Origin: an uncultured Marinilabiliaceae bacterium
Lineage (GTDB): Bacteria; Bacteroidota; Bacteroidia; Bacteroidales; Marinilabiliaceae
DNA: 64,000 nt
Assembly (NCBI GenBank): GCA_964521525.1
Contig: CAZFTD010000001.1
Span: 11,630 to 75,629 of the forward strand
Direction of reading: 5' to 3'
Part shown: positions 48,400 through 58,889 of the stretch, in pieces
Layout of the letters: each line of letters starts with the position of its first letter
How positions within the stretch are numbered: the stretch's first letter is position 1
The notes under the pieces: model-generated
What the model saw: the letters and a program-made list of their open reading frames with translations, nothing else
Databases searched by the model: none
Told to the model about the DNA's origin: nothing
Translations under genes and position numbers: made by a program

Positions 48400-50229
48400 A
48401 TGGCCGGCAATCATTCATATTATATTGAAGTTTTACGAGAACAGGTAAAAAACCTTCCGAACAACCCGGGTATTTACCAGTTCTTTGACGATGCCGGAAA
48501 AATTATTTATGTTGGCAAAGCTAAAAATCTAAAAAAAAGAGTGGCCTCTTATTTTAACCGTGAGCCTGACAATGGAAAAACCCGGGTGTTGGTAAAAAAG
48601 GTGAGAGAGATTCAACATTTCGTTGTCGATTCGGAAGAGGATGCGCTTTTATTGGAAAACAATCTTATAAAGAAATATCAGCCCCGGTATAATGTTCTTT
48701 TAAAGGACGACAAAACGTTTCCGTGGATTGTGGTGCGCAACGAACCGTTCCCGAGAGTATATCAAACCCGGCAATTGATTAAGGATGGCAGCCATTATTT
48801 TGGACCGTATACTTCGGGGATGATGGTACGCACATTGTTGGATTTGTTTCGTCATCTTTATCCAATCAGAACTTGTAATCATAATTTGTCTCCCGAGAAC
48901 ATTGCCAGGCGTAAGTTTAAATTATGCCTGGAATACCATATTGGAAATTGTAAAGGTCCATGCGAAGGATTACAAAACGAAGTGGAGTACCAGAGTCCGA
49001 TTGACGACATCAAGGCCATTTTGAAAGGTAATATTGGCTCGGTTATTCGGTATCTCAAGGAACGAATGATGCAATTAGCTGCCGAGTATAAATTTGAAGA
49101 GGCGGAGGCCTTAAAGCAGCGATTAAAGACTCTTGGCAACTTTCAGAGTAAATCAACCATCGTTAATCCCAAAATTGATAATGTTGATGTGTTTTCAATT
49201 CTGAGCGACGACCAATCGGCCTATATTAACTTCTTAAAGATTTTAAATGGAGCAATTGTTCAGGCCCACACCATTGAATATAAAAAGATTTTAAATGAGT
49301 CGGAATCCGAATTGCTGGCATTGGCCATGGTTGAATTGCGTGAACGCTTTCAAAGCAATGCAGGCGAAATAATCATCCCTTTTATACCGGATATTAAACT
49401 TAAAGGAGTAGAGTTTATAGTTCCACGAATTGGAGATAAAAAGAAATTGCTGGAGTTGTCGGAAAGAAATGTGAAGTTTTACAGGCTCGAGAAGCTTAAA
49501 CAGGAATCTAATCAAACCAAGTTGCCACCCTCGGTGCGTATTCTTGAAACGCTTAAAAACGATTTGCACTTAAACAAACTCCCGGTGCATATTGAATGTT
49601 TTGATAACTCAAACATCCAGGGAACTCATCCGGTTGCGGCATGTGTTGTTTTTAAGAATGGAAAACCGGCAAAAAAAGATTATCGGCATTTCAACATAAA
49701 AACGGTTGAAGGCCCCAACGACTTTGCTTCCATGGAAGAAGTTGTTTATCGCCGGTATAAACGAATGATGGAGGAGGGGTCACCGTTACCGCAACTTATC
49801 ATTATTGATGGGGGAAAAGGGCAGTTGGGGTCTGCCGTATCTGCTTTAAATGAGTTGGGCATTAGTGCTGATGTTAAAATAATTGGAATTGCAAAACGAT
49901 TGGAAGAAATATTCTTCCCCGACGACCCTGTTCCCATTTATCTCGATAAAACTACTCCTTCGTTAAAACTCATTCAACATCTGAGGAACGAAGCCCATCG
50001 GTTTGGAATTACTTTCCATCGCAACAAACGGAGCAATACCTTTTTGAAGTCACAAATGGAAACCATTGCGGGTATAGGGCCAAAAAGTATGGAAGCGTTG
50101 CTTCGGAAATTTAAATCCATTTCAGGGATAAAAGACGCTTCGCATGAGGAGATTGTTGCTGTTGTTGGAACCTCCAGGGCAAAATCTATTAGGGAGTTTT
50201 TTAAAACACAAAGCAACCCTGTTGATTAA
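48400..50229 (+). CDS. uvrC: Excinuclease ABC subunit C
   Basis: GIY-YIG motif (PGIYQF...IIYVGKAKNLKKR), a UVR domain, and a C-terminal HhH. Confidence 0.96.
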   Translation: MAGNHSYYIEVLREQVKNLPNNPGIYQFFDDAGKIIYVGKAKNLKKRVASYFNREPDNGKTRVLVKKVREIQHFVVDSEEDALLLENNLIKKYQPRYNVLLKDDKTFPWIVVRNEPFPRVYQTRQLIKDGSHYFGPYTSGMMVRTLLDLFRHLYPIRTCNHNLSPENIARRKFKLCLEYHIGNCKGPCEGLQNEVEYQSPIDDIKAILKGNIGSVIRYLKERMMQLAAEYKFEEAEALKQRLKTLGNFQSKSTIVNPKIDNVDVFSILSDDQSAYINFLKILNGAIVQAHTIEYKKILNESESELLALAMVELRERFQSNAGEIIIPFIPDIKLKGVEFIVPRIGDKKKLLELSERNVKFYRLEKLKQESNQTKLPPSVRILETLKNDLHLNKLPVHIECFDNSNIQGTHPVAACVVFKNGKPAKKDYRHFNIKTVEGPNDFASMEEVVYRRYKRMMEEGSPLPQLIIIDGGKGQLGSAVSALNELGISADVKIIGIAKRLEEIFFPDDPVPIYLDKTTPSLKLIQHLRNEAHRFGITFHRNKRSNTFLKSQMETIAGIGPKSMEALLRKFKSISGIKDASHEEIVAVVGTSRAKSIREFFKTQSNPVD

Positions 50230-51206
50230 AAATACAGGATGATTAGTTCCTCTGGGTTTATACCCGAAAGGCTGGCTGGTGGTATTTTTGATAATGCTTT
50301 TTTTATATGAGTTTTTTCGTGGTATATATTTTTGGTGGCATTTGCTATTTCTTCAGGAAGGTGCTTGTCTGCGTGGTTCGATAATATTTTAACCTCTGCA
50401 ATTCTTCCTTTAACAACCTCCATGTCAATGGTAAAAATTGCACCGCCTGTCTGAACTCTTTTCTTAAATCCGTAAGATGGACTGTAACCATAATTCCACT
50501 CCCAGGTGTGGTATTTTTCCGTTTTTAATTTCTCAATAGCCAGAATTTCTTCTGCAGTAAAAGTATAAATTTCTGAATTGCTCTTCTCGCGGAGGGCTTG
50601 TTCAAGGTTTATTAAAAACTCATTAGCCGTCCATCCTTTATTTATTTCGTCCACCAGATTAACTACCTGGCTTCGAACCGACTTTACAGCCTTATCTCTA
50701 AACCGAAGAGCATCACTTTTTAAGCTTTCTGTTAAAACATTCAGATTTGAATTGTATAGCAACGTTCCGTGATGCATAACTCTGTTTTTAAACACATGAC
50801 AAGCATTACCCGAAATTTTTTTGTAATGAACCAGCAAGTCGTTTCTTTGGCCACTTCGGGCAGGTACGCCCCATTGATTTAAAACCGCTGTAATGGGTTG
50901 CGTTGCTTTTTTAAAATTTACCAAATCTCCGCTTTCCCCATTTTTAATAAAGCAGTAGTTAATATTTCCTTCGTCGTGATAAACCGTTCCTCCACCTGAT
51001 AATCGCCGAAACAATGGAATATCTCTTTTTTCAATATAGGGGAGGTTTACTTCAGCTAATGCATTTTGATGCTTCCCAATAATGACAGATGGCGAATTGA
51101 TATAAAAAAATTGAATATCCTCCGATTTATGTTTAAGCAAATATTCTTCAGCGGCCAGGTTAAAACCGGGTTCGTTTGACATACTAATTATTGACAGGGG
51201 AGACAT
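50226..51206 (-). CDS. lplA: Lipoate-protein ligase A
   Basis: RRLSGGGTVYHDEGNINY and HHGTLLY. Confidence 0.88.
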   Translation of the reverse strand: MSPLSIISMSNEPGFNLAAEEYLLKHKSEDIQFFYINSPSVIIGKHQNALAEVNLPYIEKRDIPLFRRLSGGGTVYHDEGNINYCFIKNGESGDLVNFKKATQPITAVLNQWGVPARSGQRNDLLVHYKKISGNACHVFKNRVMHHGTLLYNSNLNVLTESLKSDALRFRDKAVKSVRSQVVNLVDEINKGWTANEFLINLEQALREKSNSEIYTFTAEEILAIEKLKTEKYHTWEWNYGYSPSYGFKKRVQTGGAIFTIDMEVVKGRIAEVKILSNHADKHLPEEIANATKNIYHEKTHIKKALSKIPPASLSGINPEELIILYF

Positions 51207-51325
51207 TTACAAATTATTTTTTGAAAGTTAAGTTGTCGATTCTATAAAATACAAACAGATGCTGTTTAGTATTGTTTCGTTGCTAAACCTTTAAATAGTC
51301 AATTTATACAGTTATTTAATATAGC

Positions 51326-52414
51326 TTAGTTTATCATTTTTTGTGTTTGTATGGTATCATCGTTAAAAAGAATTTCAACAATATAGTATCCCTTGTTCAG
51401 GTGCCCGGTGCTGATGCTTTGGCCTGAGAAAGCCTTCTTATAAACAGCAAGGCATCGGCCACTCAAATCATAAAGCGAAATGGTTGTTGTTTCATTATTA
51501 TTCCAGGTAACAGTGATGGTTTTTTCCTGTTTATTTTGGTAAAGCTGAATGGTGAGCCTTGCTGACTGGGTAATTATACCGTTAGGATTGCATTGATTAA
51601 GCCAGATACATTCAACCAAATGAGGATAATCAATGAATGGATTTCGATTCTGTTGAATGTTATAAATGGCATTGTTCCGGTCGGTTTCTTTTTGGCTAAC
51701 AGGGTCTTGTTGATGCCATTTCAATAGTAAATTTAATGCCCATTGTTCGAAAACCTGATTGGAAGTGCCATTTAAAACAACATCACCTTGCGAAGAATGC
51801 TTTTCCCAGTTTGCAATTACATTTTGATATCGCGTAGCCATGTAAAAATAGGTTCTGGCTAAATCTCCTTTATAAGCGTCAATGGGTTCGAATACGGTTC
51901 CTGAATAACCGATTGTTGAGTTGGGTCCAAGTTTACTGCCATTTAATGACACCCTGGTTGGAGTCATCACTTCGCCATAAGGATAATTGTCGCGCATGCC
52001 GTTAACCTGACCGTCGGTAGGATAGATGTGAAAAAGGTCGGTATATGCCGGGGCAACACCTCCAAACCAACTTTGTGGCACTGAATGCTCCCGGTTATAA
52101 CATGTTCCCTCGGGGCCCACGTTACCACATTGGTCGGTTATAAATGTATATTCATAAGGCAAACTTCCGCCTGGATTATCAGAATATATGTCCCATACTT
52201 TTCCATTGCTTTTCTTATCTGTATTTACGAAATGGTTCCACAAACTCGAATACGATTGTGGTGTGTGGTTGGCTGAAATAATAATGTGAAGAGCTGTTTT
52301 AAGCTCAAAACCTGTTTTATCCGAGGCATCGTTGTAATAACCTTCCGGAACTTGTCCTCTGGTATAAGAAAATATACTTATTAGTATGTATAAAATAATC
52401 AACCTTAAACTCAT
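51326..52414 (-). CDS. Secreted endonuclease I family nuclease with a T9SS C-terminal sorting domain
   Basis: Signal peptide. NREHSVPQSWF and DLFHIYPTDG...N nuclease motifs. The C-terminal ISLYDLSGRCLAVYK...LNKGYYIVEI resembles a type A T9SS tail. Confidence 0.85.
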   Translation of the reverse strand: MSLRLIILYILISIFSYTRGQVPEGYYNDASDKTGFELKTALHIIISANHTPQSYSSLWNHFVNTDKKSNGKVWDIYSDNPGGSLPYEYTFITDQCGNVGPEGTCYNREHSVPQSWFGGVAPAYTDLFHIYPTDGQVNGMRDNYPYGEVMTPTRVSLNGSKLGPNSTIGYSGTVFEPIDAYKGDLARTYFYMATRYQNVIANWEKHSSQGDVVLNGTSNQVFEQWALNLLLKWHQQDPVSQKETDRNNAIYNIQQNRNPFIDYPHLVECIWLNQCNPNGIITQSARLTIQLYQNKQEKTITVTWNNNETTTISLYDLSGRCLAVYKKAFSGQSISTGHLNKGYYIVEILFNDDTIQTQKMIN

Positions 52415-52834
52415 GAGTATCTTTAATTAAATTAATTGTTTATTTAAATTCAACAACTTATTAACCGATTTAAATGTATAATTGTTTTGTTTCGATAGTG
52501 TTTTAAGTACCGTTTTATTGATACTATAAATTTTGATGTTTCAGCCATATCAGCAACAACGATATAGATTGGTCCTTTCTTAAACTGATGTCAGGCAACC
52601 TGATTCATTTATAGTTTTGCTAAAAGTCCATTTCTTTAGGCACATATGCAAACTTAATTGCTAAAGGTGCTTTTGGCCTAAACAATTTATATAAACGATA
52701 TAAAATCAACAATATAAACTAAACGGCTGCAGGTTTTGATGAATAAGCCTGCTGTTTTTATCAAATTTATACATAATTTTTGCTTGAGTGAGAAAACTCT
52801 TCGGTAACTTTAAAATTTCATCGGTTAATAATTT

Positions 52835-52951
52835 TTAAAAGAAAGCAGGATTGCCTTCCGCGCTATGGAACAGTTGTCCCGATTTATCAGGAGAATTCGC
52901 ATGATGAATTTTAATCTGTGTGTCTCCGCCCTTGGCAAATGCTCGTTTCAT
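52835..52951 (-). repeat. Single long unit of the ATGAAACGAG repeat on the reverse strand (locus D)
   Basis: The reverse complement reads ATGAAACGAGCA...GCGAATTCTCCTGATAAATCGGGACAACTGTTCCATAGCGCGGAAGGC. It contains an intact 38-codon ORF. Confidence 0.7.
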
Positions 52952-53151
52952 GTTTATATTTAGCTATTAAAAAATGAGTAATTATTAAATTAATGATTTC
53001 GATAACCTTGTTTAGTATTTTTATTTTGAGATTATAAAAGAAATAAATACATATTGATTTTTCTATAACTGGTCAAGTTCCCGCTGGTTAGTCAAGTTTG
53101 GCGTTATAAGGTTGACGGGTCACAGAAAACCATAAAAATTGTTTTGTTATA

Positions 53152-53604
53152 ATGAGAGTATTAATACAGCGAGTAAGTAAAGCAAGGGTAACCACTCCCG
53201 AAGGTCACAGCAATTCGATTGAAAATGGGCTGCTTCTTTTTGTGGGTGTTGAACATACCGATACTTCAGACGATGCTGAGTGGTTGGCATCTAAAATTGC
53301 TAATTTGCGTATCTTTAACGATGAAAATGGTGTTATGAATAAATCGGTGGTAGACGTTGATGGCAATGTAATGGTTATTAGTCAGTTTACTTTACACGCC
53401 CGCACTAAGAAAGGTAATAGGCCATCTTATATGGACGCTGCGCCACCGGAAGTTTCAATACCATTGTACGAATATTTTATAACCCAAATTGAAGCAATTA
53501 TTATGAAAAAAGTGGCTACTGGTATTTTTGGTGCCAATATGCAGGTTGAACTTATTAACGACGGGCCAGTAACCATTTGGATAGACTCGAAGCAAAAATA
53601 TTAA
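53152..53604 (+). CDS. dtd: D-aminoacyl-tRNA deacylase
   Basis: MRVLIQRV..., SQFTL, GNRPS, and DGPVT at the C-terminus. Confidence 0.93.
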   Translation: MRVLIQRVSKARVTTPEGHSNSIENGLLLFVGVEHTDTSDDAEWLASKIANLRIFNDENGVMNKSVVDVDGNVMVISQFTLHARTKKGNRPSYMDAAPPEVSIPLYEYFITQIEAIIMKKVATGIFGANMQVELINDGPVTIWIDSKQKY

Positions 53605-53607
53605 ATT

Positions 53608-53931
53608 ATGACTTTAGATGAGGTACAACATATAGTTGATTCATGGATAAATGAACATGGCGTTCGATACTTCAGCGAATTAACCAATACTGCGGTTTTA
53701 ATGGAAGAGGTTGGCGAACTGGCTCGCATTATGGCCCGAAAATTTGGTGACCAATCGTTTAAAGAAGGAGAGAACGACCTTCAGATGGCCGACGAAATGG
53801 CCGATATTCTATGGGTATTAATTTGTTTGGCAAACCAAACCAATGTTAATCTTACAGAGGCTTTTAAAAAGAATTTAGAAAAAAAAACATCCAGAGACAA
53901 AAACCGACATAAAAGTAATCCTAAACTGTAA
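53608..53931 (+). CDS. MazG-like nucleotide pyrophosphohydrolase
   Basis: EEVGELARI and DEMADILWVLICLAN helices. Confidence 0.8.
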   Translation: MTLDEVQHIVDSWINEHGVRYFSELTNTAVLMEEVGELARIMARKFGDQSFKEGENDLQMADEMADILWVLICLANQTNVNLTEAFKKNLEKKTSRDKNRHKSNPKL

Positions 53932-53953
53932 TTGAACGTTTAAAATTATAAAT

Positions 53954-54826
53954 ATGAATCCGTTATTTGATTTATTTGAAGAGGACTTTAAAAATATGCA
54001 GGCCTGGACGCCAGCCTCTGTTTCAGTAAAGGCATCGGATATTGAGTTGCTTAAAAAAATATTTGGATGCATCGATTTAACATCCTTAAATACAACCGAT
54101 AGCAGCAACCAAATTGAAGACTTCTGCGAGAAAGTTGTAAATTTTCCTAAGCATTTTCCCGATATGCCGAATGTTGCTGCTGTTTGTGTTTTCCCTGTAT
54201 TTGCTTCTATTCCAGCTAAATACTTGAACAATACTGATGTTCAACGGGCAGTTGTTTCAGCCGGATTTCCTTCGTCGCAAACCTTTTTAGATGTTAAGGT
54301 GGACGAAACCAAAAGGGCCTTGTTTTTTGGCGCCAATGAGGTTGATATTGTGATTTCTGTGGGTGAATTTCTCGAAGGCAATTTTGAATTTGTGGCCGAA
54401 GAAATTAGAACTATTAAAAGTGTTATGGGTGAGGCTCATTTAAAAGTAATTATTGAATCAGGAACACTTGCATCACCCGAAAATATTTGGAAAGCCAGCC
54501 TGGTTGCTATGGAAGCTGGTGCCGATTTTATTAAAACCTCAACCGGAAAGTTAACACCTGCCGCAACTCCCGAAGCCGCCTGGGTAATGACACATGCCAT
54601 CAAAGCTTTCGAAAGGCGCAGCAAAAAAACAATTGGCTTTAAACCCGCAGGAGGCATAGTAACGGTTGACGATGCCAAACTTTATTGGGAAATAGTGGAA
54701 ACCGTTTTGGGCGACAAGTGGCTAAACCCCTCGTTATTCCGAATAGGCGCCAGCCGACTGGCGAACAATCTGTTAACCGAAATTGAAAAACTATCAGGCA
54801 ACGATAAAACTGTGAGTTATTTCTAA
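53954..54826 (+). CDS. deoC: Deoxyribose-phosphate aldolase (long form)
   Basis: IDLTSLN, VCVFP, EVDIVI, and FIKTSTGK (Schiff-base Lys). Confidence 0.85.
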   Translation: MNPLFDLFEEDFKNMQAWTPASVSVKASDIELLKKIFGCIDLTSLNTTDSSNQIEDFCEKVVNFPKHFPDMPNVAAVCVFPVFASIPAKYLNNTDVQRAVVSAGFPSSQTFLDVKVDETKRALFFGANEVDIVISVGEFLEGNFEFVAEEIRTIKSVMGEAHLKVIIESGTLASPENIWKASLVAMEAGADFIKTSTGKLTPAATPEAAWVMTHAIKAFERRSKKTIGFKPAGGIVTVDDAKLYWEIVETVLGDKWLNPSLFRIGASRLANNLLTEIEKLSGNDKTVSYF

Positions 54827-55066
54827 AGGCAACTTTTGCCTGAACAAATGGATTACCAAATATTGACCTTATTTGTAAATTTTAAAAACTTTTAAATTCA
54901 TCCAATGACCTCAAATTCATTGGATGAATACAATCAAATATTAGACGTATCTTTAATCTTCGTAAAAAGTTTAAATATATTCAAATCGTATTGCACTAAA
55001 TGCCTTTTCCCAATTCTGGGTACTACTCTTTTAAACATCCTATACAACTCCCTAATAATATTTAGG

Positions 55067-58000
55067 TTATACTACATTTTCAATATTATCAATTGAAACA
55101 GGCAATTCAAAATAGAAGGTTGAGCCCTTGCCCTGTTCCGACTCAACCCAGATGGTTCCGCCCATCAGTTCAACATGCCCCTTACTAATAGCAAGGCCCA
55201 GCCCGGTTCCTCCATAAATTGAAGAGTTGTTATTGGGGGCTTGCCGGAACCTCTCAAAAACCACATCCAACGAATCCTTAGGAATCCCAATACCAGTGTC
55301 TTCCACAAAAAACAGAACCTTTTGTTCCTTCAATTGGTACCCAAACCGAACAAACCCTTCGGAAGTAAATTTTATAGCATTGGAAATAAGGTTGTTTAAA
55401 ACCTGTTTAAGTTTCATCTCATCAGCCTCAATAACGAGCTCTTCGTTGTTATTTGGAATGATGGCATCCAAGGCAATCTCCTTAGATAAAGCACGTGGAG
55501 AAAAAACAGTTTCGAGCTCTTTCATTAAAGGGCTGAGCGGTACAGGAGCAAAATTGACTTTTTCCTGACGGGTTTCAAGGGTAGAAATGGTTAATATATC
55601 GTTAACGATACTCAACAATTGTCGGCTGCTGTTAACTATAATTTCGGCATAATCATGTTTGTCGTCATCCAATAAATCAGTTAAGGTCAGCATTTCAGAG
55701 AAACCAATAACTGCATTAAGCGGTGTGCGTATTTCGTGCGACATATTCTGAAGGAATGCCGTTTTCAGGTTTTCGCTTTCTTTTGCCTTTTCAATGGCTT
55801 GAATTAATTCCTCGTTGGTGCAACGAAGCTCTTCATTCAATGCCATATACTCTTCGTTGAGCATGGCGTATTCTTCGTTCTGATGCTGGAGTTTAACCCG
55901 GCTTTCTTCAATCTGCTTTTCGTAATTCTTCTGTTGAGTAATATCGCGACCCACTCCCATAAACCCGGCGATTTCACCTTTGCTGTCGAATAAAGTATTG
56001 TTTTTCCAGGCCATCCACCGCCAACCCATCACTGTTTTAACTCTTTGTTCAAAATAAACTTTGAAGGGAGGTTTCTGTAAATCCTGAATAGCTTTTAATG
56101 ATGGGGCCACATCATCTTCGTGCATTTGAGGCATAAAAACACTGCCAATTATCTCATGCTCTTCTTTTCCAAAAGTTTCGTAAAACGATGGGCTTGCATA
56201 AAGGTATTTACCCTCACTATCCACAGTGATTACCAAATCCTGCTGATTTTCAATGAGCATCCGGTATTTCAACTCGCTCTCTTCAAGCGCTTTTCGGGCT
56301 TTAATATTTTCGGTGATATCACGTGTAACACCAAGAATTTCGTTTACCTTCCCGTATTCATCAGGCAAAAGAGTGGTTACTACTTCGGTGTATATTATCT
56401 CTCCGTCTTTATTAATTTGTTCCAGAATACTCACACTTACCACATCAGAAGATTGGCCATCTTCAAACGCCTTTAATCTTATTTTAATACGCTCCATCGA
56501 ATATTCGAGCGATTGAGGCGCGAGCAGGTCTTTTAGTCCCATTTGCGATGCTTCTTCAGGGGTATATCCAAACACCTTTTGCATTGAAGGACTAAAATAG
56601 GTAAACCTGTCGGTTGGTAAATTGTAAATCCAGATAACATCGCCCACATTTTCTGAAATCATACGGTATTTTTCTTCACTCATTTTCAGAGCCTGTTGTG
56701 CCATGATTCGTTCAGTAATATCAGAAAAAATTCCGGCAAAACCATTATCACCCCATGGGATAAAAGATATATGAAAATGCTTGTTGAGCGATGAGTGATA
56801 ATACTCCTGTTCGACCGGGATTTTTGATTCAACCACATAACCAACGAGGCTCATTTTTACAGGGCCATCGGAGCCGAAAATTTCAAAATATCCTTTACCA
56901 ATTACTTCATCCCGGTTTTTATTCCATTGGTCGAGATAAGCCTTGTTGGCTTCAACTATTAAAAAGTCTATTGTTTGCCCCATTGAATTCCTGACAATCT
57001 CATGCAAGGCAACCCCTTCGGTCATTGAGGAAAAAAGTTGGGCAAACCGGTTTTCGCTTTGTTCCAGCATCTGGGTACGGGCTTCAACTTCTTTCTGAAG
57101 CCTTGCCTTTCGTGTATTTATTGTACCAACCACAAATGTTAACAATAACGACAAAATAAAACCAATAATGGGCGCAAATGTAGAAGCTATGGCAGGATGG
57201 TTTTCAAGAAATTGCCCACCTTCAAAAAAAGAATAATTAAAAACTCTGCCAAATATAAAGTGCGGATAAACAGCTTCAAGGTCAGATCTCCGTTTTTCAT
57301 GTTCGAAACCGGCAGGGAAAGAGGCTACAACTTGGCCGTTTGTCCGCCCGGTTTCAAATTGTTGCTGAATTTCGAAAAAAGCCTTTACAGGACCTTGTAC
57401 AGCAATGGCTTCGGCCAGCAACCGATTAGGTTCGGCTAAAACAAAGAACAGAGCCGCCTGAGGTTCTGGGGTGGCAATGGCAACAGGGTAAAAAAAACAA
57501 ATGGCCTCCTTTGAGCTTACAGGCAAATAAAAAGGCCCGTCAAAATGAATTAGATTTTGTTTTAATGTTGATTTTATTGTCGATTCTGTTTCTCTGGTTA
57601 CATTTGGAATCGGAGAGCCCTCAATAAAAGGGAACTCAAAAGTTGGCTCCATAAACTTTAATACAGCCGATGGTGTAAATGCCCGGTTGTAGTTTTCGTT
57701 CCAAACGGCCAATCCGGTTTTAAGAATAAAATGATTACTCAATAAAGAGGCTGAAATGGATTGAAACTGCTGTTCGTTGAGTTGAGGTGTGTTTTGTATG
57801 GTTTGCGCCACCGTTCCCAATCTGTAATCCAGGTTACGTATATAGCTTCGGATTTGCGTTGCCTGCACCGAAGACATCTGATCGAAAATTGCTTTTCTGA
57901 AATTTCTCTCTATGGATATCAGATACATTGAAATGATGGCTGTAACTATAAGGCTAAATAGAAAAGTAAAAATCGCTGCCGGACTCTTCCACCAGATAAT

Positions 58001-58780
58001 TCCTGAGAATTCAATCACTCTTTTTCGGGACAGGACAATAAATCCAATCCACAAAATGCCCATGAATACCAAAGCAAACAAAAGCGGTAACAACCGAGCC
58101 TTCATAATCTCGTTGTTCCATTTACTTGCAGGCATACTCACACCTAAAATCAGAATGGGTTCAGTGGAACGAGGAATTAATACTGCCGAAAACCCTGTGA
58201 TTACCTCCGTGCTGCCATTAAAATAAGGTCCAAAGGAGATATAATCGCCTCCGGCAAAAATAGACTCCAAAACAGAATCAGGTCCTTTGAAAAGGGTTCC
58301 GGGTAGAGGAGAAAAAAGAGAATCGTTAATCAAAACTGATGGCCCATAAACAAAATTGTCGTTGTGTTGATATATTGTTAAAATCTCGCAACTATCCAAT
58401 TTAAGAGAAGTAAGGTATAATTGATTGATGAGCCTTTGATAATCAGGCGTTGTTAAGTCTTCCACGGAGAAAGAAAATGCAGGTAGGGTTCTGGGATTTA
58501 ACCCATTGGCAATTTTCGTTGATAGATTAACCAAATCAGCCCGGAAGTCACGGTCGGCAACCTTCCCCCAATAGGCACTTATTATCCATCCGGATACAGC
58601 ACACAGGAAAAAAACCAGCATAATGAATTTCTGCGCTCTCAATTGACGCCTGGGGATTCCCATAATTCTGGCATTCTTATGACTCCTGCTGATAAAAACC
58701 AACGAAGTATAAGTGAAAGCCGCCAGTACCACAAATAACGCTACTGTGATTCCTAAAAAGAGCACTTCATAATTAACCAT
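55067..58780 (-). CDS. Large membrane sensor histidine kinase (two TM-bounded extracytoplasmic regions, about 4 PAS domains, HisKA, HATPase)
   Basis: Canonical H-box FLQNMSHEIRTPLNAVIG, N-box NLISNAIKFT, DTGIGI, GGTGLGLAISKG. Several PAS blocks followed by DIT(E/Q) ends. Confidence 0.9.
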   Translation of the reverse strand: MVNYEVLFLGITVALFVVLAAFTYTSLVFISRSHKNARIMGIPRRQLRAQKFIMLVFFLCAVSGWIISAYWGKVADRDFRADLVNLSTKIANGLNPRTLPAFSFSVEDLTTPDYQRLINQLYLTSLKLDSCEILTIYQHNDNFVYGPSVLINDSLFSPLPGTLFKGPDSVLESIFAGGDYISFGPYFNGSTEVITGFSAVLIPRSTEPILILGVSMPASKWNNEIMKARLLPLLFALVFMGILWIGFIVLSRKRVIEFSGIIWWKSPAAIFTFLFSLIVTAIISMYLISIERNFRKAIFDQMSSVQATQIRSYIRNLDYRLGTVAQTIQNTPQLNEQQFQSISASLLSNHFILKTGLAVWNENYNRAFTPSAVLKFMEPTFEFPFIEGSPIPNVTRETESTIKSTLKQNLIHFDGPFYLPVSSKEAICFFYPVAIATPEPQAALFFVLAEPNRLLAEAIAVQGPVKAFFEIQQQFETGRTNGQVVASFPAGFEHEKRRSDLEAVYPHFIFGRVFNYSFFEGGQFLENHPAIASTFAPIIGFILSLLLTFVVGTINTRKARLQKEVEARTQMLEQSENRFAQLFSSMTEGVALHEIVRNSMGQTIDFLIVEANKAYLDQWNKNRDEVIGKGYFEIFGSDGPVKMSLVGYVVESKIPVEQEYYHSSLNKHFHISFIPWGDNGFAGIFSDITERIMAQQALKMSEEKYRMISENVGDVIWIYNLPTDRFTYFSPSMQKVFGYTPEEASQMGLKDLLAPQSLEYSMERIKIRLKAFEDGQSSDVVSVSILEQINKDGEIIYTEVVTTLLPDEYGKVNEILGVTRDITENIKARKALEESELKYRMLIENQQDLVITVDSEGKYLYASPSFYETFGKEEHEIIGSVFMPQMHEDDVAPSLKAIQDLQKPPFKVYFEQRVKTVMGWRWMAWKNNTLFDSKGEIAGFMGVGRDITQQKNYEKQIEESRVKLQHQNEEYAMLNEEYMALNEELRCTNEELIQAIEKAKESENLKTAFLQNMSHEIRTPLNAVIGFSEMLTLTDLLDDDKHDYAEIIVNSSRQLLSIVNDILTISTLETRQEKVNFAPVPLSPLMKELETVFSPRALSKEIALDAIIPNNNEELVIEADEMKLKQVLNNLISNAIKFTSEGFVRFGYQLKEQKVLFFVEDTGIGIPKDSLDVVFERFRQAPNNNSSIYGGTGLGLAISKGHVELMGGTIWVESEQGKGSTFYFELPVSIDNIENVV

Positions 58781-58889
58781 CTTAACTACACTTTATTACC
58801 TGCTGACTTTTTTGCTTTAAAGCGGTTAAATTAATCTATTTTTGATAGTTATACAATACAGCCCGAAAGAAAGGCATATTGGTAGCTAA

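Noticed and set aside
52700-52745. Hairpin CTGCAGG...CCTGCTG followed by TTTTTAT, as a terminator.
   Set aside because: The stem is only 5-6 bp with a 14-nt loop, and no gene ends upstream of it on the plus strand. The evidence is too weak to call.
54905-55096. A 63-aa ORF in the deoC / sensor-kinase convergent spacer.
   Set aside because: It has AT-rich low-complexity composition (..LNILYNSLIIFRLYYIFNIIN), overlaps the 3' end of the kinase gene, and has no motif or obvious translation signals.
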